From NCBI RefSeq assembly GCF_000175255.2, contig NC_017262.1, forward strand, positions 1,080,001 through 1,112,000: DNA of 32,000 nt. Direction: 5' to 3'. The position numbers were made by a program, and so were the translations under genes. The notes under the pieces are model-generated. The model did no database searches and was not told the DNA's origin. It was given only the letters and a program-made list of their open reading frames with translations. The stretch is from Zymomonas mobilis subsp. mobilis ATCC 10988 (GTDB lineage: Bacteria; Pseudomonadota; Alphaproteobacteria; Sphingomonadales; Sphingomonadaceae). Position 1 is the stretch's first letter; each line of letters begins with the position of its first letter. Positions 24,874 through 32,000 of the stretch are shown here, piece after piece.

Positions 24874-26958
24874 TTATACTCTGGGGCGGTTTCTGATGTA
24901 AACTTGCGCAGATTCCGCCGAGAGGGGCGAGGAATAATAATATCCCTGAATAAGATAGACACCGAGATGGGCGAGAAGATCAACCTTTTCTTTATCTTCT
25001 ACGCCTTCGGCTACGCAATCCAAACCGATCTCTCGGCAAAGGATGATGATCGATTTAATGATTTTATAATTCCGGTTGTTATATTCGAGATTAGTCACAA
25101 AACTGCGGTCGATTTTGATTTTATTTAAAGGGAAATTCTGGAGATGGGATAAGCTGGAATATCCGGTTCCAAAATCATCCAAGGCAATACTGGCACCAAC
25201 CGCCTGAAGTTTTTTGACGTTATCAAAGGCGGCTGCAAAATTATGCATGACCGCTGTTTCTGTTAACTCAAACTCTATCCGTTCAGGGTCAATATTCGAT
25301 TGTTTTAAAATATCGAGCAGAAGATTGATTTGTTTCTCATGAGAAATGTCATGTGCAGACAAATTAAAGGAAAGTTTGATCGAATGAGGCCATTTTTTAG
25401 CTTCGTTTAATGCCTTCTTAAACAGAATAGGGGTTAGGCGAATGATCGCCCCCGTTTGTTCTGCCACTTGAATAAATTTGTCAGGCGCAATCCTACCTAA
25501 GCCGGGACTGTCCCACCGTGCCAGACTTTCGAAGGTGATAATTCCACCATTACGGGAATCGATAATCGGCTGAAATTGGATAAAGAATTCTTTGTCAAAA
25601 TCGGCTTTTTCTAAAGCCCGTTCAATAAGTGCCAGTTCTTTTAATTTTAGTTCATGATTGACATCAAAGACCACAATCTGGCCTTGTCCGCCCTGCTCTT
25701 TGGCATAGTAAAGCGCATAATCGGCATGTTCAAATATCTGCTGTGTGCTGTTAGCTGTGCCAAAATAGGAACGCGCGCAGCCTGCTGAGCAACTGATAAC
25801 GATTTGATTATTTCGGGCAGAAATCGGATGAGAAATCGTCTCAAGAATAGAGGCAATCTCTTGATTAAGGATTGTGCTTTCCTTGTCTCCCGGCAAAATA
25901 AAGCCAAATTCATCATTACCAATCCGGTAAACTAGCGCCTTATGCCGGAGCGCGAGATATAATCTGTGACCGATCTTATCGAGGATAAAATCCCCGATAT
26001 CGTGGCCATAGATTTCATTGATCCTTTTAAAGCCGTCGATATCAATAATCCCAATCGAAAAAGGAATGCTATCGTCTCTATAAGGCGAATTGACAGCTTG
26101 AAGATCAGCAAAAAATTGCCTCCGGTTTGCCAAACCGGTGGTTGAGTCATAGCAACTAGCCTGTTGCTCGATTTCTTTTTCTATCGTGAGCAAAGGCAGC
26201 GGCGGAGATTCCGTCTTGTCCTTTTTCTGTGAAGAGAACCAAGATGAAAGATGGTAGGCTTCAAACAGATAAAGCAAAATGGCGTTGCAAAAGAAAAATT
26301 CGATATCTTCTAAAAAGGCCGAAAATTTCGGTGGGATAAAGTGGAATAAGTTTAAAAAATAGATGAACTGGCTGGTAAAAAAGACAATGAAAGAGCTTAT
26401 TTTTAGGCGGTAAATGCAGAAAAAACCAAAAATGATCGTCGGGATAAAAGGAAAAATAATATCATTGAAAATACTGTTCCGATCGGCATTGGTATAAAGG
26501 CAAACCGGAATGGTTATAAAAATAACAAAAATGAGCTGAGCTAAAAATCGGAACAAATTGGTCGGATTTGGAGGTAAACTGGTCTTATTCTTATGTTTCC
26601 GGCAATGGTGCCCAAAGAGTAGCATACTGCAAAAACTTACCGCCAGCACAATTATAATAAGATTACTTTTGTGGAAGTAATTTATTAAAATCTTCAACAA
26701 GGAATAATTGTTCACCGAGATAAAAGTGAACATTAAAGATAACGTTAAAATCGTCTGAAACTTTATATTGAATTTACAATATCTGATATTGGATGCGTGA
26801 TTTTTTAAAATTCCAAGCTGAATAAAGTAATTTTTGAGGCGGTGCCGCAGCCGGTAGAGAAGAACCGTTTTCTGTCGTGGAAAATAACGCCTGCCATGTT
26901 TGACGGCTTTATTTTTGGTAAGCATGACAGGCGGTTCCTGATCCGCCTGCTCTATCAA
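24874..26958 (-). CDS. Membrane-bound GGDEF-EAL domain protein (cyclic-di-GMP turnover)
   Basis: The 694 aa ORF has an AT-rich polytopic N-terminal ~250 aa. The GGDEF domain carries RIGNDEFGF at the active-site position. The EAL domain has FESLARW, DDFGTGYSSL, EGVE and QGYYY. The true start is uncertain (26958 or internal Met). Confidence 0.85.
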   Translation of the reverse strand: MIEQADQEPPVMLTKNKAVKHGRRYFPRQKTVLLYRLRHRLKNYFIQLGILKNHASNIRYCKFNIKFQTILTLSLMFTFISVNNYSLLKILINYFHKSNLIIIVLAVSFCSMLLFGHHCRKHKNKTSLPPNPTNLFRFLAQLIFVIFITIPVCLYTNADRNSIFNDIIFPFIPTIIFGFFCIYRLKISSFIVFFTSQFIYFLNLFHFIPPKFSAFLEDIEFFFCNAILLYLFEAYHLSSWFSSQKKDKTESPPLPLLTIEKEIEQQASCYDSTTGLANRRQFFADLQAVNSPYRDDSIPFSIGIIDIDGFKRINEIYGHDIGDFILDKIGHRLYLALRHKALVYRIGNDEFGFILPGDKESTILNQEIASILETISHPISARNNQIVISCSAGCARSYFGTANSTQQIFEHADYALYYAKEQGGQGQIVVFDVNHELKLKELALIERALEKADFDKEFFIQFQPIIDSRNGGIITFESLARWDSPGLGRIAPDKFIQVAEQTGAIIRLTPILFKKALNEAKKWPHSIKLSFNLSAHDISHEKQINLLLDILKQSNIDPERIEFELTETAVMHNFAAAFDNVKKLQAVGASIALDDFGTGYSSLSHLQNFPLNKIKIDRSFVTNLEYNNRNYKIIKSIIILCREIGLDCVAEGVEDKEKVDLLAHLGVYLIQGYYYSSPLSAESAQVYIRNRPRV

Positions 26959-27144
26959 AAGCGCTCTTTTTGGAGACAGATTTACTTGATAGGCAGGCTG
27001 AATATATAGATTGTTATTTTATTAGGGCGTAAAGAGTAATTTTTCTCACAAGATATTAGAGTGGATATTACGGGACTCTGGATTATTTTCAATAAAATTT
27101 ATTACAGAAATCGATTTTTTTGTCTAAAAATTTCAAATGTTAAC

Positions 27145-27810
27145 TTAACCTTGATAGGCTTCACCACGAAAATTCTGGGCAATAACATACCATTCCGAAG
27201 ATTCCCGGCGGCTGGCGGGGGGTTTTGCATGTTTTACCTGACCAAAAAGGCGTTTCAATAAAGCGACCAAGTCTTTATCCGCGCCACCGGCCAAAACTTT
27301 GGCAACAAATGAGCCGCCTTCACGAAGGGTTTCGCTGGCAAAAACAGCGGCTTCTTCAACCAAAGCCATCGTTCTTAAATGGTCGGTTTGGGCATGACCG
27401 ATAGTATTTGCAGCCATATCGGATAAAACAAGATCAGCAGCACCACCCAAGGCTTCGATAAGTTTTTTCTGGGCTTCTGGGTCGGTAAAGTCATTTTGGA
27501 AAATGGTGACGCCTTCAATGGGCGCGGCTTCCAAAAGATCAATCCCAACGATTTTAGCTTGAGGTGCTTTTTTTCTGGCTACCTGACTCCAGCCACCGGG
27601 AGCGATCCCCAGATCAATGATACGTCTGGCATTTTTGAGCAAAGAAAAGCGTTCATCCAATTCTATCAATTTAAACGCCGCGCGTGAGCGATAGCCTTCG
27701 GCTTGTGCTTTCTGAACATAAGGATCGTTTAATTGGCGCTCTAACCAGCGGGTCGAAGCGGCAGTTCGCCTTCTGGCTGTTTTTACTCTTTGATGTCCCG
27801 GCGTTTTCAT
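27145..27810 (-). CDS. rlmE: 23S rRNA (uridine2552-2'-O)-methyltransferase RlmE (FtsJ/RrmJ)
   Basis: The 221 aa ORF contains WLERQLNDPYV...RSRAAFKLIELD...DLGIAPGGWSQV...VLSDMAAN, which are typical FtsJ motifs. Confidence 0.9.
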   Translation of the reverse strand: MKTPGHQRVKTARRRTAASTRWLERQLNDPYVQKAQAEGYRSRAAFKLIELDERFSLLKNARRIIDLGIAPGGWSQVARKKAPQAKIVGIDLLEAAPIEGVTIFQNDFTDPEAQKKLIEALGGAADLVLSDMAANTIGHAQTDHLRTMALVEEAAVFASETLREGGSFVAKVLAGGADKDLVALLKRLFGQVKHAKPPASRRESSEWYVIAQNFRGEAYQG

Positions 27811-28910
27811 AGAAATCTTTCTTGGTTAAAGGGTCTGCTGCAATAGCCATAACGGGCAATCAGGTCACGCAATATACCTTCGCGGATACCCCTATCAGCG
27901 ATATGAACCGCATTTATTGGCCATATTTCAACAATGGCATCTAAAATCGCGCAGCCAGCAACAATTAAATCTGCCCGATCTTCCCCGATGCAGGTGATTT
28001 TCGCCCTTTCTTTAATCGACATTAAGGAAAGCTGTTTACTGATCTGGCGTAATGCCGCCGTTGGGGCGATCAATCCATCTACCATGCGGCGATCATAGCG
28101 CGGCAATTCCAGATAAATACTGCCCAATGTGGCGACTGTCCCGCTTGTCCCAAGCAAGCTGCGTGGGGTGAGCCTTTGTTTTTTGAGGCGGTCAGAAAAA
28201 GAAAGAAACAGTTTTTTGACCTGTTCCTTCATCGCCTGATAGGCCTGCTTCCTGTCTGCTAGACTATTTCCGCGATATCCCAGACTTTCAGTCAGGGAAA
28301 CAACCCCCCATGGCACGGAAACCCAATCGAGCACTTTGGGGCCATTATGGTCGCTCATGGTGAGAATGAGTTCTGTCGAACCGCCGCCAATATCGAAAAT
28401 CAGGGAAGGAACGTCTTTTTCTGTTAAAAGCATATGACAGCCAAGAACCGCTAACTGAGCTTCTTGTTCTGCCGAGATGATTTCCAGCAATAGGCCTGTT
28501 TCTTTGTAAACTCGCTGCACAAAATTGCGACCATTCAAGGCGCGGCGGCAAGCTTCTGTAGCGACCGAACGTGCCAAGAAAACATTCCGTTTTCTTAATT
28601 TTTCAGCGCAAACACTAAGCGCAGCCAAGGCGCGATCAATAGCCGCATCGGAAAGCCGATGGCTGGCCGCCAAACCTTCCCCAAGACGAACGATTCTGGA
28701 AAAGGCATCAACGACCATAAAATCATGCTTTTCAGCACGAGCAATCAACAGACGACAATTATTGGTGCCAAGATCAAGCGCACCATAAACGCGGGGACGA
28801 GTCAGGTTAAACGTATTTTGGGGGCTGGCCACTAAACTGGAATCGGTCAGATAACGGCCGCCCGACCGTTGTCTAAAAGTCGGAACGGCCCTGAATAGAG
28901 GTGGGGCCAT
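27807..28910 (-). CDS. Ppx/GppA family phosphatase (exopolyphosphatase-like)
   Basis: The 367 aa ORF has ASKHA-fold motifs ALDLGTNNCRLLIA and FDIGGGSTELI. Its stop overlaps the rlmE start (ATGA). Confidence 0.85.
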   Translation of the reverse strand: MAPPLFRAVPTFRQRSGGRYLTDSSLVASPQNTFNLTRPRVYGALDLGTNNCRLLIARAEKHDFMVVDAFSRIVRLGEGLAASHRLSDAAIDRALAALSVCAEKLRKRNVFLARSVATEACRRALNGRNFVQRVYKETGLLLEIISAEQEAQLAVLGCHMLLTEKDVPSLIFDIGGGSTELILTMSDHNGPKVLDWVSVPWGVVSLTESLGYRGNSLADRKQAYQAMKEQVKKLFLSFSDRLKKQRLTPRSLLGTSGTVATLGSIYLELPRYDRRMVDGLIAPTAALRQISKQLSLMSIKERAKITCIGEDRADLIVAGCAILDAIVEIWPINAVHIADRGIREGILRDLIARYGYCSRPFNQERFL

Positions 28911-29071
28911 GATCGTCCTGTCCTAATGGTAGATTAAACGGCAAAATTACCGATTTGTTACAAGGGATAGTATAGATACGGGGGGCTGGCGGCAAGCATT
29001 GGAGGTCTAATTATCCGTGGTCGGCATAAAGCGAATGGGAACAAAAAATAGAAGTATTTTAAAAAAGAGGC

Positions 29072-29100
29072 TTGACACTACCACCAGATAGCATTAGTTC
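29072..29100 (+). promoter_or_regulatory. Putative sigma70 promoter for tRNA-Gln
   Basis: TTGACA (29072-77), a 17 nt spacer, then TAGTTC (29095-100). The mature tRNA 5' end lies 14 nt downstream. The -10 element is weak. Confidence 0.4.
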
Positions 29101-29113
29101 GCAGCTCGAAAGT

Positions 29114-29187
29114 TGCCCCGTCGTCTAAAGGTAAGACTACGGACTCTGACTCCGTCAATTGTGGTTCGAATCCACACGGGGCATCCA
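29114..29187 (+). tRNA. tRNA-Gln (anticodon CUG)
   Basis: TGCCCCGTCGTCTAAAGGTAAGACTACGGACTCTGACTCCGTCAATTGTGGTTCGAATCCACACGGGGCATCCA folds by hand. It has acceptor TGCCCCG/CGGGGCA, D stem GTCT/AGAC, anticodon stem ACGGA/TCCGT with loop CTCTGAC, T stem TGTGG/CCACA with TTCGAAT loop, and an encoded CCA. Confidence 0.9.
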
Positions 29188-29869
29188 ATCAAAACCTCCT
29201 TTAAAATAAACCACTATCCTTCCTATATTAAGATCATTATTCCTTCATAGAATAATTCTGATAGGGCTTATTTATATTTCATTTTATTTCCTCATAATAA
29301 ATATATCTCCCCAATTTTAAGAAGATATATTCCTGTTTATTCGGATATTTCCCTTGAAATAGAAGGTTTTTATTATTTGATAGCGGTCATTTTATTTTGA
29401 AATAAGGCCTGTTCTTTCTTTTGTGATTTCTAATTTAAATTATCTCTATTCTTGCTGATAACCACGTTAGGTCAGCAAGCCATTAATCTGGTGATATCTT
29501 TTCCTCCTCTTACCAAGACATCTATTGACTCCTGATAGCGGAACGTGAACCCTCCTTTTCCGTGGAATCATACTGTCCCTGAAAACATATGGCGAAAGCG
29601 ATAGACTTGGGGCTGTTTTGTCCTGCGGGCTGTTCTGGCTCTATCTTGTTTTCATCCGAGGAGTATTTGATGGCTGAAACCGACATACAGGCGGCAACAA
29701 AAAGCCGGATCGATAGCCTTTCAAATTCTAAAAATTGTAACTGTTTATTTTTCGATTATTGATAATTCATTGTATTGATAAATAATCATGCCATACCAAT
29801 ATACTCGATAAGACGAGCTTATTTAGGCATCTGATTTTATCCGATGCATCAGGAATAGGGAGTGGGAAT

Positions 29870-32000
29870 ATGCCATCTTTTGCCAAAGCCCTTGAGCAAA
29901 CACTTCACAATGCCTTGGCTATCGCCAGCCGTCGTCATCATGAATATGCCATGCTTGAGCATTTGTTGCTCGCCTTGATTGATGATGAACATGCTTCGCA
30001 AGTGATGGCGGGTTGCGGTGTCGATCTCGCAGAATTGAAGCGTTCTCTTACGACGTATCTCGATACCGAACTGGATGCTTTGAAAATAGAAGGCAACAGT
30101 GATCCTTCTCCTACGAGCGGTTTCCAGCGCGTGATCCAGCGGGCTATTTTGCATGTCCAGTCTTCCGGTCGGGATGAAGTGACGGGTGCCAATGTTTTGG
30201 TCGCCCTTTTCTCCGAAAGAGAGAGCTATGCCGTCTATTTTCTGCAACAGCAGGATATGAGCCGATTGGATGCTGTCAGCTTTTTAAGCCATGGTGTTGG
30301 AAAGGGCGGTGTCGCGGCGGATAATCAAGCCGAAGAAGAAAAGACCCAGCAGCGACCATCCGAGGTTTCTAAAAAGAACGAAAGCGCTTTGAAGCAATTC
30401 ACGGTTAATCTGAATGAAAAGGCTGAAGTTGGACGGATTGATCCTTTGATCGGTCGTTCTGCCGAAGTTGATCGCACAATTCAGATATTGTGCCGTCGTT
30501 CCAAGAATAACCCGCTTTATGTGGGTGATCCGGGGGTCGGCAAAACCGCGATTGCAGAAGGCCTTGCCCGTAAAATTATTGAAGATCAGGTGCCGGAAGT
30601 CCTGAAGGATACCGTCATCTATTCTTTGGATATGGGGGCATTGCTGGCTGGCACCCGTTATCGTGGGGATTTTGAAGAAAGACTGAAAGCCGTCGTAACC
30701 GAACTGCAAAAACAGCCGAAAGCTGTTTTGTTTATCGATGAAATCCATACGATTATAGGCGCTGGTGCAACCTCGGGCGGGGCAATGGATGCCTCTAACC
30801 TTTTGAAACCGGCTTTGTCCAGTGGGACTATCCGTTGTATTGGTTCGACCACCTATAAGGAATTTCGCAATCACTTTGAAAAGGATCGCGCTTTATTACG
30901 TCGATTCCAGAAAATTGATGTTGTCGAACCCACTGTCGAAGATGCCGTCAAAATTCTGAACGGCTTGCGGCCTTCCTTCGAAGAGCATCATAGCGTGCGT
31001 TACACCTCGGATGCCATTCGTTCGGCGGTAGAATTATCTGCCCGTTATATCAATGATCGCAAGCTGCCGGATAAGGCTATTGACGTGATTGATGAAGTGG
31101 GCGCAGCGCAAATGCTGTTACCGCCCTCCAAAAGACGGAAGGTCATTTTGGCCAAGGATGTGGAAGCTGTCGTCGCAACGATGGCGCGGATTCCACCGAA
31201 AACGGTCTCGAATGATGATAGCCAGATTTTGGCCAATCTTGAAACCGATTTGAAGCGGGTTGTCTTTGGTCAGGATAAAGCCATCAAGACTTTGGCTTCG
31301 GCGATCAAATTAAGCCGTGCCGGTTTGCGGGAAATGCATAAGCCGATTGGTAGCTATCTGTTTTCAGGTCCGACGGGGGTTGGTAAAACCGAAGTTGCCC
31401 GTCAGTTGGCTTCCTTGCTGGGTATCCCGCTGAAACGCTTTGATATGTCCGAATATATGGAACGTCATTCGGTTAGCCGTTTGATCGGTGCGCCTCCGGG
31501 CTATGTCGGATATGATCAGGGTGGTTTGTTGACCGATGCAATCGAGCAGAATCCGCATTCTGTTTTGTTGCTGGACGAAATTGAAAAGGCACATCCTGAT
31601 CTGTTCAATATTTTATTGCAGGTGATGGATAACGGTAAACTGACCGATCCGCATGGAAAAACGGTCGATTTCCGGAATGTCATTTTAATCATGACCAGCA
31701 ATGCCGGTGCTTCTGACATGGCTCGCGAAACGATCGGCTTTGGTGATCTGACGCGGGAAGGGGAGGATTTCGAGGCTATTAAAACGATGTTCTCGCCGGA
31801 ATTCCGCAACCGTTTGGATGCGGTGGTTCCCTTTGGCTATCTGTCGCCGGAAATGATCCAGCGAGTGGTGGACAAGTTTATTCTTGAACTTGAAATCCAG
31901 TTGGCTGATCGCAAAGTCGACATTGCCTTTGATGATGAAGCTCGCGAATGGTTAGGCAAAAAAGGCTATGATCGTCTCTATGGCGCTCGTCCTATGGGAC
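29870..32000 (+). CDS. clpA: ATP-dependent Clp protease ATP-binding subunit ClpA (5' part, runs off the window)
   Basis: An open frame from ATG 29870 to the window end encodes MPSFAKALEQTLHNALAIASRRHHEYAMLEHLLLALIDD... (Clp N domain). It has two AAA+ modules (GDPGVGKTAIAEGLA with FIDEIHT, and GPTGVGKTEVARQLA with LLLDEIEKAH). It is absent from the ORF track because no stop falls inside the window. Confidence 0.95.
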   Translation, partial: MPSFAKALEQTLHNALAIASRRHHEYAMLEHLLLALIDDEHASQVMAGCGVDLAELKRSLTTYLDTELDALKIEGNSDPSPTSGFQRVIQRAILHVQSSGRDEVTGANVLVALFSERESYAVYFLQQQDMSRLDAVSFLSHGVGKGGVAADNQAEEEKTQQRPSEVSKKNESALKQFTVNLNEKAEVGRIDPLIGRSAEVDRTIQILCRRSKNNPLYVGDPGVGKTAIAEGLARKIIEDQVPEVLKDTVIYSLDMGALLAGTRYRGDFEERLKAVVTELQKQPKAVLFIDEIHTIIGAGATSGGAMDASNLLKPALSSGTIRCIGSTTYKEFRNHFEKDRALLRRFQKIDVVEPTVEDAVKILNGLRPSFEEHHSVRYTSDAIRSAVELSARYINDRKLPDKAIDVIDEVGAAQMLLPPSKRRKVILAKDVEAVVATMARIPPKTVSNDDSQILANLETDLKRVVFGQDKAIKTLASAIKLSRAGLREMHKPIGSYLFSGPTGVGKTEVARQLASLLGIPLKRFDMSEYMERHSVSRLIGAPPGYVGYDQGGLLTDAIEQNPHSVLLLDEIEKAHPDLFNILLQVMDNGKLTDPHGKTVDFRNVILIMTSNAGASDMARETIGFGDLTREGEDFEAIKTMFSPEFRNRLDAVVPFGYLSPEMIQRVVDKFILELEIQLADRKVDIAFDDEAREWLGKKGYDRLYGARPMG

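Noticed and set aside
27061-27261. A 66 aa plus-strand ORF lies in the spacer between rlmE and the GGDEF-EAL gene.
   Set aside because: It overlaps the 3' end of rlmE in antisense. It has an unconvincing low-complexity sequence and a non-ATG start context. The region is more plausibly the promoter of the GGDEF-EAL gene.
4947-29187. tRNA-Val and tRNA-Gln could be attachment sites bracketing a large genomic island that includes the phage cluster.
   Set aside because: Neither tRNA abuts the cluster. lon and the alkA-like gene lie between on one side, and the GGDEF-EAL gene, rlmE and the Ppx/GppA-family phosphatase gene on the other. I found no duplicated tRNA 3' segment anywhere in the window, and no integrase is present.
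1-32000. I searched for CRISPR arrays, rRNA genes, IS elements, reverse transcriptase/DGR or retron signatures, and toxin-antitoxin pairs.
   Set aside because: I saw no regularly spaced direct repeats, no rRNA-like sequence, and no transposase or RT motifs (YxDD) in any listed ORF. The fibre repeats (21369-21602) are in-frame protein repeats, not a DGR template/variable pair.

Overview
The window looks like chromosomal DNA from an alphaproteobacterium. The tandem GH68 genes match my memory of Zymomonas mobilis sacB (levansucrase) and sacC (extracellular sucrase), so I assign it to that species. Left part (1-8.4 kb): a partial aspartate-racemase-family gene, an Lrp/AsnC regulator, two small AT-rich helix-turn-helix (HTH) genes, a ~490 bp extremely AT-rich sacB upstream region, sacB-sacC, tRNA-Val(CAC), lon, and an AlkA-like HhH-GPD glycosylase. 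Middle (8.5-24.9 kb): a 16.4 kb block of co-oriented, tightly coupled phage structural genes. The order is small terminase, large terminase, ~729 aa portal, scaffold, major capsid, adaptor and tail-hub candidates, N/Q-rich virion proteins, and tail fibres, one with an S74 intramolecular-chaperone domain. It ends with a coupled 884 aa protein. The layout resembles a P22/epsilon15-type podovirus, with no tape measure, tube or sheath genes. I could not recognise any integrase, repressor, replication or lysis gene, or any att repeat. Right part: a polytopic GGDEF-EAL protein, rlmE, a Ppx/GppA phosphatase, tRNA-Gln(CUG), a 680 bp non-coding spacer, and the 5' part of clpA with no clpS. The most notable observation is in the major capsid gene. 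It is split by a 377 nt ORF-less insert (13888..14264) that has the boundaries and core sequence elements of a self-splicing group I intron. Precise removal restores a 325 aa capsid ORF. The second is the structural-genes-only phage cluster, which could be a domesticated or GTA-like particle locus. No CRISPR array, IS element or rRNA was seen.
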